A stretch of DNA of 64,000 nt from Octopus bimaculoides (Eukaryota), in contig NC_068998.1 in NCBI RefSeq assembly GCF_001194135.2, positions 23,314,098-23,378,097 on the forward strand, written 5' to 3'. This document shows, one piece after another, positions 13,013 through 25,903 of this stretch. The notes beneath the pieces are model-generated. The model did no database searches, was not told the origin of the DNA, and saw only the letters and a program-made list of their open reading frames with translations. The translations under genes and the position numbers were made by a program. Each line of letters starts with the position of its first letter. Positions within the stretch are counted from its first letter, which is position 1.

Positions 13013-14116
13013 ATTATTCTCGATTCTTATCTGAAAGATAAAAAAAAACTTGTTTGGAGTTATTTCGATATGAAAAATGAGATTCACACGCACAAAAATA
13101 AAACAAAAGTCCCGGGAAAATCTTTAAGCATGAAAAATATATATTTAGCAAAAATATATTGCAAATATTGAGGATGAAATAATATCCTCATAACTAACGT
13201 ATTTATAAATCTTTAGTAATCCTTACTGGGTAGTTTTTATAAATATATTGAAGGAAATAACAGTCTTACTTAGTGCGTTTAGCTCTCGGCTAGCAAACTG
13301 TTTAACATTAGGGGTGTTATTATTGCAAGATGTTTACATAAGAATATTTCCAAGGTCAAAACACTAATGAAATGGCGCTACTCTGAATTACACGTATTCC
13401 GTTTGTAAATAAATATGAAGGGGACATAACTTGCGAGGTACTGGCAACATTACAATTATAGTAGGTTTATTCTATAATAATAAAGACAGAAGTAGTACCA
13501 CCACCTGTTCGATACACAATCAATGTGAATGCATAAGACATTGGAACACCTAGTGGTATTTTCGATTTAAACGGCATAGGGTTAGAATAAATAAAGGGAA
13601 TATAGTTAAAGTGAAAGTAAAAGTAGCGTATTAGAAACATTTTGTATGGCTGAAGTCCCATGGATCGTATTAAACATGAAGTTTGACTTTTTGTTCTCCT
13701 CATATCTCTATCTGTTGTTTAGCCTTGTATATCTCTCATCCCTGACCTATGATAAGTTTAGTACGAAATGATGATTTCGTTTTTCGAAAAAATCGTATAT
13801 TTATGACCACTCAACATACGAATTCAAATTCTGTGAAGTTTCGGTGTCAAGTGTAAATTGAGAAAAATAGTTCCTGATATCTTTTCCTTTATGGTTTATT
13901 ATAATATGATATCTGTAAATAATTATTTTCATTGGTATTAGCGACACGTTGGTGAATATGTTCAGGAAGCTAAGACAACTACATTTCGATAGATATAAAT
14001 ATAGTCATTGTATCTTGTCAACAACAGTAACAGACAATTCTTAAACGTGATATTCCCAAAAACAGTTCAATATTTTATTAAGATTAAATTTACGATTCAT
14101 ACTGCTCTCTACCATG

Positions 14117-14168
14117 ATGGTGCTCCAGCATGACCGCGATCGCATGGCTAAAACGAGTAAAAAAGTAA
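14117..14168 (+). mobile_element. 3' tail fragment of SINE family B
   Basis: atggtgctccagcatgaccgc...tggctaaaacgagtaaaaaagtaa matches family B 3' end (ggtgctccagcatggcc...gactgaaacaagtaaaaga). Confidence 0.65.
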
Positions 14169-14227
14169 TATACAATAATTATGCAACGGTGAATACCTCG
14201 ACAACTGCCTACGGGACAAAAATATAT

Positions 14228-14470
14228 TCTTTTCTACTCTAGGCACAAGACCCGAAACTTTGGGGGAGGGAGCCAGTCGATTAGATCGACCTCAGTACGC
14301 GACTGGTACTTAATTCATCGACCCCTAAAAAATGACAGGCAAAGTTGACCTCGATGGAATTTGAGCTCAGAACACAAAAACAGAAGAAATACCGTTAAGT
14401 ATCTCACCCAGAAAGTGTCTATTGCATTAAAACAGATCATAAAAAACGAAATACCGCTAAGCATTTCGTC
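14228..14470 (-). mobile_element. SINE family A copy, head truncated and partly duplicated
   Basis: ctctaggcacaagacccgaaactttgggggagggagccagtcgattagatcgacctcagtacgcgactggtacttaattcatcgacccc...gaaataccg.taag.at x2. Confidence 0.85.
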
Positions 14471-15419
14471 CCAGAAAGAGGCTATTGCATTGGAACAGAT
14501 CATAAAAACTTTAGTTGATATTGTATATATACCCATTTCAGGATTAGAAGTGTTTCAATAGTCAAAAATATATTGATAAAAAGTTTGGTGTATTTTGCCA
14601 ACGTCCTTAATTCTGACGTCCCGATAAAGATCTGTACTGGAGTCACATTGAACACATTTATGGAATATATACGTCTTGATTCAGAGATAAAATGAACGTA
14701 TGGTGCGTCGCCTTCCAGTTTGTATTGTTTTAACTCTTACAAATGTTATATATTTGTAAATAATTTTATATGCAATTTGTCGTCTCCTCCGCAAAACGAA
14801 CATAATGCATTCAAATACTTGATATGTAATTATTTGTGGACTTCCATATTCACAAAAAAAAACCCCATATAATATCGATGCTGTAAACTAAATTTGAAGA
14901 ATCGTTACACTTTCAGCCCCGATACTGCAGAATTGAAATGCACTTATATTCCTAGATTACACACAACTAAAACTATCAATTGCGTTACAGTTGATCTATG
15001 TCCTAGAAAGAGACTATTGCATTGGAACAGATCATAAAAAACTTTAGTTGATATTGTATATATATATCCACTTCAGGATGAGAAGCGTCTCAATAGACTA
15101 ATCTAATACATATCTTAAAACGCAATTCACATATAGATACATGTTCAATTAAATGAATCAATTCAGTCTAGTCCAAATCAATACTTTCACTGCAAACCAG
15201 TTGCCACAACATAAGGTAATATAAGGTATTGCCAGCAATTTACTTCGCACTGCATGTATTCAGTTTCCTTTCAATGAGTGTGCCTATGAATATGTCTAAA
15301 TACTCTGTCCATGATATATTCTCTCGTGCTTTTACAATGAACATTTTTAAAAGTTCATGTTTTATATTTTATAATGCATTTATACATAAATATAAAGCGT
15401 AGCAAATTAGAAATTATTT

Positions 15420-15426
15420 GTATATA

Positions 15427-15507
<81 letters not shown>
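15420..15507. repeat. (GT)n(GC)n(GT)n microsatellite
   Basis: Directly visible. Confidence 0.96.
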
Positions 15508-16044
15508 ATTTGTAAAAGTAATAATTTTGTATTCTGTATACAACTTGTAGTATGCAATTTACAGTATGTTCCCAATATTCAGTTACCTGATGTCAACAAT
15601 AGCATGGAGGTATATCACTGAATTTACTTCAGGAATTCTGTGTTTGTAAAAATATGAATTTTCAGAATTACGACGATTGTTTCCACCCATCATGCATAGG
15701 TAAGTTGCAGGACATGCTGTACAAACGGCTTTGATGTCACGTAGGTGGAAATGCGTTAATTCAGGGGGCTTTTCAAAAAAGTACCTCGTTTCTTCTTTTC
15801 CGTTTTGCTTATTTCTATGACAGTACATGATGGTAATTATAGCATGCTATACGTCTCAAAAATTATCTAAGACATGATAAAAAATTCTTCTCATATAGGC
15901 AATAAAATAAAGCCTTCAAGACTAAAAGGGGAACGAATCAAAAATAAAAATAAAATACATATACGATCAGAAAGAACAAAAATACAATTGTTTAATTTAA
16001 TTTTAAGTTTCCTTAACGTAAATAATCCAGTCTATACATATATA

Positions 16045-16116
16045 CACACCACACACACACACAACACACGCATATGAAGATAGATAGATAGATAGAGAAA
16101 GAGAGAGAGAGAGAAA

Positions 16117-16158
<42 letters not shown>

Positions 16159-16160
16159 GA
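16045..16160. repeat. (CA)/(GATA)/(GA)n compound microsatellite
   Basis: Directly visible. Confidence 0.94.
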
Positions 16161-17047
16161 TGCGAGAGTGTACGCAAAAGAAAGCGGAATTTTGCAACGT
16201 TGTTTCACGCACTTAGTTTTACATGTTTGCACTTTAAACTGTTCTAAATTTGAAGCAATACCTCGTATCAGACGCGTTTTCCATTGTTCGAAGCAGTTCT
16301 GGAACTCTTGCGAAGTGTTGCCTTTTAACGCTTTTGTTACCTCTTTAAAATCTGCAAATTCAATATTGCAAGCTTTCATGACCAGTGATGACCTTCGGAA
16401 AAAAGGTTTGAGTCAACTCACATCTGTTCTGTTCTTTCAGTCCACAAAACGCATTCAGCCGTGACTGCTTTTGATCTTCCGTGAGCAAGCGAGCCGCAAA
16501 TTTTGCCGCAACTCATTTCATTCGCAGCTCCTTGTCCAACAGTCTCTGGTAGGAGCTCCAGGTCACAATATGTCATAAACAAGTTCGTCAGTTGTTTAGT
16601 GACAGTCCTGTAAATCCAGTTCCTGAATTTTCATTATGTTTTCAATCGTTTGGGCATTTGACGGTTTCCCTGAAAGAGGTTGGTCTTCAAGCGAACAGTG
16701 ACCAATCCTAAAGCGTGAAAACCCCTTGTAAATTTGTGTTTTGCTCATGGCATCTTCTTTGTAAACTGTTTGAGGCATGACAATTGTCCCGGCCGCCCTT
16801 TTTCCCCAGTAGTAAAGAGAATTTCACTGAGGCATGCTGTTTCAGCTACTGTAAAAAAATGACGAACAAGGAAGAAGTACTACAAAACTTACATGCACCA
16901 CGTAGCTGTAAAACCGTAAAGGAAGATGCCGGTCAGTAGATTGATGCCTGAAGGTTGTATCAAGTGGCTTCTAACGTCGAAAGCCCGAAAATCAACGGGC
17001 CTGTCCCAAAGAGAAAATGTTCTGTTACTTTTGGTTACTACTCCGTA
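16161..17047 (-). mobile_element. Internally deleted mariner (Tc1/mariner) transposon with degenerate TIRs
   Basis: Minus strand: YKEDAMSKTQIYKGFSRFRIGHCSLEDQPLSGKPS (HTH); ELRMK*VAAKFAARLLTEDQK...KVITGHES; then directly EFADFKEVTKALKGNTSQEFQNCFEQWKTRLIRGIASN. TIR-like ends: tgcgagagtgtacgcaaaagaaagcggaatttt (16161-) vs revcomp of 17014-17047 tacggagtagtaaccaaaagtaacagaacatttt. Confidence 0.88.
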
Positions 17048-17060
17048 TATACACATTCAC

Positions 17061-17418
17061 AGGCGCAGGCCTGACCGTGTGGTATGCAGCTTTCTTTCCG
17101 ACCACGTGGTTTGGGATTCAGTAGCACAGCAGGAGCTCTTGGGCAGTGTCCACTAATATAGCCTCGTGCCGAACAAAGCCTTGACGCACGTGATTATGTG
17201 TACCTTTGTGATTGAGTTTCTCCCGTGCTACCGCTTGACAGCCGGTGCTTGTGTACTTACGTCTCTGTAATTTAGCGGTTCGCCAATGATTCCAGTAGCA
17301 TAATACCAGGTTAAAAAAAAAAATATTAGGGTAGATGCATACGATTAAAAATTCCTGAAGGCACTGCCCCAGCTTGGCCGCAATCTAATGCCTGAATCAA
17401 GCAAAAGAAGTAAAAGAT
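17061..17418 (+). mobile_element. tRNA-derived SINE family B (head GGCGCAGG...), diverged
   Basis: aggcgcaggc..g.c.gtgtggta...cttgggcagtgtc..cta.tatagcctcg.gccga.caaagccttg...ccgcttgacagccggtgct.gtgt..ttacgtc.ctgtaa.ttagcggttcg...gtaaaaga. Confidence 0.8.
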
Positions 17419-17490
17419 ACAGTGACGTATGTGACTATACATACGTTTAACTATAACCAACACACACGCATACACACAGACGCATAAATA

Positions 17491-17717
17491 TTGGGTTGTC
17501 CGGAAAGTTCGTTCCGATTTTAAAGGAAAGAAAAAGGTCAATAAATACTTGCCATTACATTTTTAATCAACCAAATATGAATCGTTTTGTTGCACAATGC
17601 GTCTCCATCCTTCCATTGACTTGAAAATGCCCTCTTCCCAGAATTGAGGTAGTTTCATGGCAAATAAGTCGAACAGTAAGCTACTATAAATCGGTACGAC
17701 CCTTCCGGGTAACTGAA
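17491..17717. mobile_element. Mariner-derived MITE, copy 1
   Basis: TA-flanked; TIR ttgggttgtccggaaagttcgttccgattt with eroded right TIR. Minus strand encodes the mariner C-terminus FWEEGIFKSMEGWRRIVQQNDSYLVD*. Highly similar to 57172-57399. Confidence 0.9.
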
Positions 17718-18004
17718 TATATGTATATATACATATACACAACTATATGTATGTCTGCACGATACCAAGCCTTAAGTAGTCCTCTATTGCGTCTCTTAAC
17801 CATTTTTGTATCTCAATTCCCTCTTTGTTTCGCTAGGCTTCAACATTCGTCTGGTGATATTTCTTGGGATTTCCTAACCTAGATTTTATTTATTAAAGCT
17901 CATATTTGTTTGCTTACGTACTTCGATCCACATACATTTAACTATATATACATATCTATTTATAAACTTACATTTACATACACATCCATGCTCATACCTA
18001 CCTT

Positions 18005-18218
18005 TATACTCTTTTGCTCTTTTACTCTTTTACTTGTTTCAGTCAAGCAAATTGACCCCTCATCTTATTCTTTGTAAGCCTAGTACTTATTATATCGACG
18101 TTTTTGCCGAACCGCTATGTGGCGGGGACATAAACACAGCAGCATCGGTTGTCAAGCGATGTTGGCGGGACAAATACCGACACAAAAAACATATACACAC
18201 ACATACGCATATATATAT
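18005..18218 (-). mobile_element. SINE family B 3' half, truncated by gap
   Basis: (cttttact)n tail, ttgtttcagtca...cttattctttgtaagcctagtacttatt...gccgaaccgcta.gt..cggggac.taaacac..gcatcggttgtcaagcgatgttgg. Confidence 0.88.
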
Positions 18219-19639
18219 NNNNNNNNNNNNNNNNNNNNNNNNNNNNNNNNNNNNNNNNNNNNNNNNNNNNNNNNNNNNNNNNNNNNNNNNNNNNNNNNNN
18301 NNNNNNNNNNNNNNNNNNNNNNNNNNNNNNNNNNNNNNNNNNNNNNNNNNNNNNNNNNNNNNNNNNNNNNNNNNNNNNNNNNNNNNNNNNNNNNNNNNNN
18401 NNNNNNNNNNNNNNNNNNNNNNNNNNNNNNNNNNNNNNNNNNNNNNNNNNNNNNNNNNNNNNNNNNNNNNNNNNNNNNNNNNNNNNNNNNNNNNNNNNNN
18501 NNNNNNNNNNNNNNNNNNNNNNNNNNNNNNNNNNNNNNNNNNNNNNNNNNNNNNNNNNNNNNNNNNNNNNNNNNNNNNNNNNNNNNNNNNNNNNNNNNNN
18601 NNNNNNNNNNNNNNNNNNNNNNNNNNNNNNNNNNNNNNNNNNNNNNNNNNNNNNNNNNNNNNNNNNNNNNNNNNNNNNNNNNNNNNNNNNNNNNNNNNNN
18701 NNNNNNNNNNNNNNNNNNNNNNNNNNNNNNNNNNNNNNNNNNNNNNNNNNNNNNNNNNNNNNNNNNNNNNNNNNNNNNNNNNNNNNNNNNNNNNNNNNNN
18801 NNNNNNNNNNNNNNNNNNNNNNNNNNNNNNNNNNNNNNNNNNNNNNNNNNNNNNNNNNNNNNNNNNNNNNNNNNNNNNNNNNNNNNNNNNNNNNNNNNNN
18901 NNNNNNNNNNNNNNNNNNNNNNNNNNNNNNNNNNNNNNNNNNNNNNNNNNNNNNNNNNNNNNNNNNNNNNNNNNNNNNNNNNNNNNNNNNNNNNNNNNNN
19001 NNNNNNNNNNNNNNNNNNNNNNNNNNNNNNNNNNNNNNNNNNNNNNNNNNNNNNNNNNNNNNNNNNNNNNNNNNNNNNNNNNNNNNNNNNNNNNNNNNNN
19101 NNNNNNNNNNNNNNNNNNNNNNNNNNNNNNNNNNNNNNNNNNNNNNNNNNNNNNNNNNNNNNNNNNNNNNNNTATGTATGCACACGCAAACCTATATATA
19201 TAATATCTACATAGATACACACACATATACAAATCTCTGTCTATATACACACATACCTCTATATATTCATAATATTCGCAGGTAGATATTAGTAATAACT
19301 ATATGAACACGCATATATACATCTTTTCCAGCTGGCTATACGACACAATATCTGTGTTGTCAGCAGGAAATGATGTTTCATGGGGTTACGCAACAGTAAC
19401 AATCGTCCCATCCTGGACAGCCACATTATATTCACAAATATATATATAAGCATACATATGATATAATTTAGAGCAAACAGTAACACTTCACTATAGCACT
19501 CGGAGTTTCAAATATCGGGGCGAAGAGCTACGATACATTCTCGTTGGCTATTAATGGCAACAGACGATATGAAAAACCGTTGGACAAAAGGGAAGTTACT
19601 CTAATAGGTAGAAAAATAAAAAGGGAAAACGATAAAAAA

Positions 19640-19890
19640 TACACACAACCATATTCTCACAATATATAGACATAAACCTACTGCGTTCACAACCAATACA
19701 TACACGATTTACTGGAACATCTCAACCAAGTGCAAATCTTATACGAACGGAGGTGGCAAGTGCGGTCTTTGTAATATGGAAATATGGCTCATCTGGAAAT
19801 GTTGCTTGCACCCGGCTAAATGTATATATTCAAAAACTGAACCTTTTGGATCACATCGACATTACACAAAATGCCTGTTATTGTTTTCGG
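19640..19890 (+). mobile_element. Penelope-like GIY-YIG C-terminal relic
   Basis: WNISTKCKSYTNGGGKCGLCNMEIWLI...SKTEPFGSHRHYTKCLL resembles the PLE 'W.I...KPY...K.C.LC..EK..I...RSE....CRH..K.LL' C-terminus. Confidence 0.65.
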
Positions 19891-21199
19891 ACCCCCGAGA
19901 CCACAGCTACGATGTTCCTGCACATGCTTCCCCATACGTTTTAACTTCCATTAATTTATAATTTTATATTTTTTACATATATTCTTTAATGTTTTCCTTC
20001 TTCCTTTCTAATTGTGTGTGTGTACGTGTGTGTGTATATGTATATGTATGTTTATATAGCAAGTGCATGTGTGTGTCTATTTGTATGTGTATGAATATGA
20101 ATGTAAGACTGTGTCCGGTGCATATGTGCGAGTTTCATGCACATGCCCGTTCATTTATACCGATATGCATATGTTCGTATATATGCGGGAGTGTGAATGT
20201 ACGTCACACATATATATACGTATACTTATACGTAGAAATGTNNNNNNNNNNNNNNNNNNNNNNNNNNNNNNNNNNNNNNNNNNNNNNNNNNNNNNNNNNN
20301 NNNNNNNNNNNNNNNNNNNNNNNNNNNNNNNNNNNNNNNNNNNNNNNNNNNNNNNNNNNNNNNNNNNNNNNNNNNNNNNNNNNNNNNNNNNNNNNNNNNN
20401 NNNNNNNNNNNNNNNNNNNNNNNNNNNNNNNNNNNNNNNNNNNNNNNNNNNNNNNNNNNNNNNNNNNNNNNNNNNNNNNNNNNNNNNNNNNNNNNNNNNN
20501 NNNNNNNNNNNNNNNNNNNNNNNNNNNNNNNNNNNNNNNNNNNNNNNNNNNNNNNNNNNNNNNNNNNNNNNNNNNNNNNNNNNNNNNNNNNNNNNNNNNN
20601 NNNNNNNNNNNNNNNNNNNNNNNNNNNNNNNNNNNNNNNNNNNNNNNNNNNNNNNNNNNNNNNNNNNNNNNNNNNNNNNNNNNNNNNNNNNNNNNNNNNN
20701 NNNNNNNNNNNNNNNNNNNNNNNNNNNNNNNNNNNNNNNNNNNNNNNNNNNNNNNNNNNNNNNNNNNNNNNNNNNNNNNNNNNNNNNNNNNNNNNNNNNN
20801 NNNNNNNNNNNNNNNNNNNNNNNNNNNNNNNNNNNNNNNNNNNNNNNNNNNNNNNNNNNNNNNNNNNNNNNNNNNNNNNNNNNNNNNNNNNNNNNNNNNN
20901 NNNNNNNNNNNNNNNNNNNNNNNNNNNNNNNNNNNNNNNNNNNNNGTGTAAGAATATGGTTGTGTGTATTTTTTATCATTTTTATCTTTTTCATTTCTCT
21001 ACATATTAGTAAGTTCCCTTTTATCCGACGATTTTTCATACCGGCTTTTGCCTTTAAAAGTCGACGAAAATATATCGTGAGTTAATCACTTATTACATTA
21101 AGCACTTAAATACAATTTAAACTTATTATATAATAATTACCGAAAAGATTATTATAATTAATAAATGAAATATTTGAATGCCTTTCTAAATTTATGGTG

Positions 21200-21455
21200 A
21201 CATCATAAACTTAAGTGCCCATTTAAAATTCAATAAAATTAATTTAGAAGTAATTATAAAATATAATTCTTCGAGGCAAATATCATAATTGGAATTAGAA
21301 TTAGCAATGTTATACGAGAGTGCATAAAAGATAATAGATCTCCTTCAATCATATCTTATATTAAATTCCACATACATTTACTAAGATTAGTAGAATTACA
21401 TTTTCTTCTACATTTAAAGGAATTGGAATGATAATAAAATCTAGATTTTTAAGTA
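21200..21455 (-). mobile_element. Penelope-like GIY-YIG relic
   Basis: Minus strand: KSRFYYHSNSFKCRRKCNSTNLSKCMWNLI then NSNSNYDICLEELYFIITSKLILLN. Confidence 0.7.
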
Positions 21456-22496
21456 GTAGTAGAAGAACAACATATAACAATACTTATGATGTCTAAAGTT
21501 ATGAATTAAAATTATATTGCTTTATACTGAGTGTTTTCTTGATATCAGCCAGGATTTTTTAATCCCATCCTTTTCTTACACACACACACACACTCACAGA
21601 TACATTAAAATATACGTATGTGTATATATTCATTATACTTGTATACAGGTACATGGATATATGCAGGAATCAGTTATAAGTTTGTGTTATATACACATAG
21701 ATCCAACTATGTATATATGTATGTGTATATATATATATACATACATATATATNNNNNNNNNNNNNNNNNNNNNNNNNNNNNNNNNNNNNNNNNNNNNNNN
21801 NNNNNNNNNNNNNNNNNNNNNNNNNNNNNNNNNNNNNNNNNNNNNNNNNNNNNNNNNNNNNNNNNNNNNNNNNNNNNNNNNNNNNNNNNNNNNNNNNNNN
21901 NNNNNNNNNNNNNNNNNNNNNNNNNNNNNNNNNNNNNNNNNNNNNNNNNNNNNNNNNNNNNNNNNNNNNNNNNNNNNNNNNNNNNNNNNNNNNNNNNNNN
22001 NNNNNNNNNNNNNNNNNNNNNNNNNNNNNNNNNNNNNNNNNNNNNNNNNNNNNNNNNNNNNNNNNNNNNNNNNNNNNNNNNNNNNNNNNNNNNNNNNNNN
22101 NNNNNNNNNNNNNNNNNNNNNNNNNNNNNNNNNNNNNNNNNNNNNNNNNNNNNNNNNNNNNNNNNNNTTTTATTATATTTATCTTATGATATTTACTTTA
22201 CTTTATATTATACTCATTTATTGTGCTTTTAATTATTAATTTTTCTATATGTGATAGTGGATTTTCATCGATGAGTTCTTGAAAATTGGTTATTTTCCCT
22301 AAAACTATATATATTTTATATATACTTTATCTATAAGGCTCAATTTAATTTTTTATAAATTGATTTTAATTGAGTTTTTTACCTGTAATTTTGGATTTTG
22401 TCCCTAATAATATTATTATATATATATATACATATATATACGTGTGTGTGTGTGTGTGTTTATACATACAGTCATACATACAGAGATTTACATATT

Positions 22497-22689
22497 GGCG
22501 CAGGAGTGGCTGTGTGATGAGAAACTTCCTTCCAATGCACATGCTTTCGGGTTCAGTCCCAGTGCGTGGAATCTTGAGTGTGTTCTGGTATAGACCTGGG
22601 CCGACCAAACCCTTCTGAGGGGTTCTCTTAGACGGAAACAGAAGAAGTCCGTCGTACATGAGTGTGCATGTGTGTGCGTGCGTGTGTAC

Positions 22690-22737
<48 letters not shown>

Positions 22738-22889
22738 GCGTGTGTGTGTATGTGTGTGTGTATGTGTGTGATGTTGATGTGTCTGTCCCCGCAACTTAGT
22801 GGTTCGTGAAAATAGAGTGATGAATAAGTACTAGGCTTACAATGAATAAGTCCTGGGGTGAAATGACTGAAACATGTAAGAGTAAAAGA
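22497..22889 (+). mobile_element. SINE family B, near full length with internal (TA)/(TG) microsatellite
   Basis: ggcgcaggagtggctgtgtg...cgggttcagtccca.tgcgtgg (A/B boxes)...gggccgaccaaa...gacggaaac.gaagaag.ccgtcgta [microsatellite] ...gtccccgcaacttag.ggttcg...aataagtactaggcttac...gactgaaac...agtaaaaga. Confidence 0.92.
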
Positions 22890-23499
22890 AGAAAAGAACT
22901 TCATTGACATATACATGTATATAGATATAATTTAAAGATCATGCCATTTAGTGCGATCTGAATAATATTCACATAATACTTACTGGTAATGTTATATCAG
23001 TGCATATAAAGAGGAAGAAAAATACATTAAGCTCGGTGAGTATAGACAGTCACAGTAGAATGTTAAGTAAATATCGCTATGAAATCGTGAAAAACTGTAC
23101 TGAAGTATATAGTTTGAAACTTTCATATTTTTCGAAGCACATGATATTTAAGGTGTCTTCACACAATAAAATGCGCACCGATTTGTCGTATGAAGAAAAC
23201 GCGTGTTAGGGGTGTGCATTTTTTAGTTAGCACTAAGTGATACTAATTTTCATTCCAACCTCTCTTTGTCTCCGTAGTAGGTTCTCTTGTCAGATAGAAT
23301 GCCTCTTATCAATTCTGCTGAAACTGACAACATGGTCCCGATATTGTTTTTTTTTTAATCTGCAGACGCACCTATACGCACATATGCGCCTCATCTTATT
23401 ACCGCGCAGCTGTGACGTAATATATATGGACACGCGCTTTTGTTGCTAATTCTACAACTGTTTCCAATTATTATATTACCCTTTCCTTTTTTTTTTCTT

Positions 23500-23960
23500 T
23501 CATTTCTGGTATTTTCTTCCATAATTTCTTCATTTATGTGGCTTTAAGTGGCTTTTGTTCTGTTCATTGCTGCTCTAATGAGTATTATGAGCATTCTCTG
23601 TACTTGTTTATACCATTAATTTTGTAATTAGAGGCAACTGTTTGACCTGTTTTTGTTTGTTTTTTTTTAAATCATAAATCTTAGATGAACTGTCCTTTTT
23701 TATTCCCTCACGTTCTATTTGTGTTCTGGTTTAATCGTCTTATTATTAATTTTATGTTTAAAGTATTCTAGATTACTAGAATATGCATATGATATCTTCA
23801 GTGTGCCTGATAAAGATCTTGTGGCTTTTAATGGATTTGAGAAAACATTTATCCAATAGGGCAAACAATTCCTTAGGTATTTGTAATCCGTAGATAGAAT
23901 TAAACTACAGAGATCATCAAATTCCCTATTTCATTTGTTCTATTTATTGTTCATAATGTG
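23500..23960 (-). mobile_element. Penelope-like relic (linker/GIY-YIG region), highly decayed
   Basis: Minus strand: KELFALLDKCFLKSIKSHKIFIRHT / LKISYAYSSNLE, matching PLE 'FL.LLDKHFP....HKIFNR.T.K.SYS..PN'. Confidence 0.55.
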
Positions 23961-24480
23961 CGATATGGAGGTGTCCTATTTAATGTTCCCTATTTTCAGC
24001 TCCTTATTTATAGTTTAATCTGACTGACACTCTCAGTATTGTGTTTACAAGTGTGTGCCATTATGCGAGTTTTAGTTCGCTTAGTTTCATATCTACTACA
24101 ATTAGCAATATTTTTCGCGTGCATCTATTCTATTTTTTTCGTATATCCAGCCGAAGCTAAAGCAGCATTATGAATACGGTGAATGTGCGTTAAAATTTGC
24201 TTCCATCGCTGATAGTTTTGATATTCTATTAGATATGTTTTTTACTACTCATTTTATTAAAGATGAGTGATTTGACTGTACATTAATGTACCTCAGGTCA
24301 TCATTTAGCTTGTGGAAAGGCTCAGATAACCAACCATGTGCTTAAACTAAAAGTTGCATCTAGAAAATTTATAGTAGAATAATTAATTTTATGGCAACAG
24401 AAAACATAACATTCTTTAATTATTTCAAAATTAGTTTTCTATTTTTCTCCTTACACACACACACACACACACACACATAG

Positions 24481-24511
<31 letters not shown>

Positions 24512-24619
24512 AACACACACACACGCACACGTATGTGTGTCTATAATTACCTACTTGTAACGCAGTATAATTTTGAAAACATCAGTGAGTTGGTGTATTT
24601 ACCCTAATAAGACGAAAGT

Positions 24620-24700
24620 GTTGCCAGGTTGCGGTCACTAAATCGAACTCGTACCCATTAGATACAAGTTGAGCGCTTTACCATTAAGCTAGATTGCGCC
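24620..24700 (-). pseudogene. Degenerate tRNA-like head (SINE head or tRNA pseudogene, Thr-like)
   Basis: Revcomp ggcgcaatcTAGCTTAATGGTAAAGCGctcaacttgtatctaatgggtacGAGTTCGATTtagtg has A-box and B-box, but acceptor and T stems do not pair. Confidence 0.5.
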
Positions 24701-25869
24701 CTCACAACAATTACCGTCAACTTTAAAGCTAGATGTTTGCTTTTTGAATGCGATAACATTTTCTAAAAGAACTGTGTATTATGCAGACAAATAAGTAAAT
24801 TTCGCACGCAGTATAGCAGTGAAAAGCAGAAAGACTGGGTATTTTCATTAACTTTCCGTCTTCCAGCAATACCAAAAGATCTCCGTATAGTTCTGCCTCA
24901 ATACATTACGTACGGTATTGGCATATTCTATGACCGTGACACTAAATATTAAGGGATTGTGACAGAATACATTCCATTAGTTAGTTCGAGCGGGGCCAAA
25001 CTACTATTAACTGCAGCACCAGCATCATCACCAACACCAGCAATATCATCACATGAAAATTGTGTTTTTTACGGCTCTTTTATAATGAGATAGGTTATTG
25101 ACATCAGTTGGTCGAATAATTGCATCTGTCCTTTTGAATTGATGATTGGTTGAAGGTTGAACTTTAGTTCAATGTGAAGAACTGGGTTGCCAGACAAAAA
25201 AATCTCATAAACCAAATTTATTCTTCCATCATTAGCTACATCAGAGGAAAATGTATTATTGATACATTGAACTGATGTCACTAGTTTATAGCCAAGCTTG
25301 AGCTCATATGAAAATAATTGCACAACAAATATCAATTTTCTCCTGGGTAGGAAAAATCAATTCAAACTTTATTTAGATTCTGAAACATACAAAACAATGG
25401 GCTAGTAAAATGACATAGATATTACATAATTGTACTACAATAAATGCTGTTAGAATTGCATTCGTTTTTGAATGGCCAACACTATTTCATCTCTCCCAGA
25501 AGATTTATTTCACTCTTGTCAACCGATAGTATATACACCGATTTTCCAGGAGACAAATAGGAAGCATATACATATACATAGATGTATGCATATTTGCATT
25601 TATACTCATAGCTATCCAAATATATATGCATAACTGTATGCATATTTTACGAAGGGTAATTAGTAATCACATCAAAGTTATTTAAGTAATAAATAAATGC
25701 TGCTTGCGTATTTGATGTATTGACTAGCTTAGTTAAATGTTGTCTTTTTACGTTTCCAACGCGCATATTAATATACAAACAAACCCACATTCACAGTCGC
25801 ATACATCGTTACAAACATAGACGTACATGCAAATACACATACACACACACGCACTCACACACACACACA

Positions 25870-25903
<34 letters not shown>

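Noticed and set aside
15665-15705. 34-nt candidate exon with AG|GTAAGT donor; similar donors at 49985 and ~61180
   Set aside because: Consensus donors occur by chance at this frequency in AT-rich DNA, with no coherent reading frame or homology.
25069-25345. 88-aa minus-strand ORF after a cccag acceptor
   Set aside because: No recognisable host domain. Another frame faintly resembles a decayed LINE APE start (KIDICC...AWL), too weak to call.
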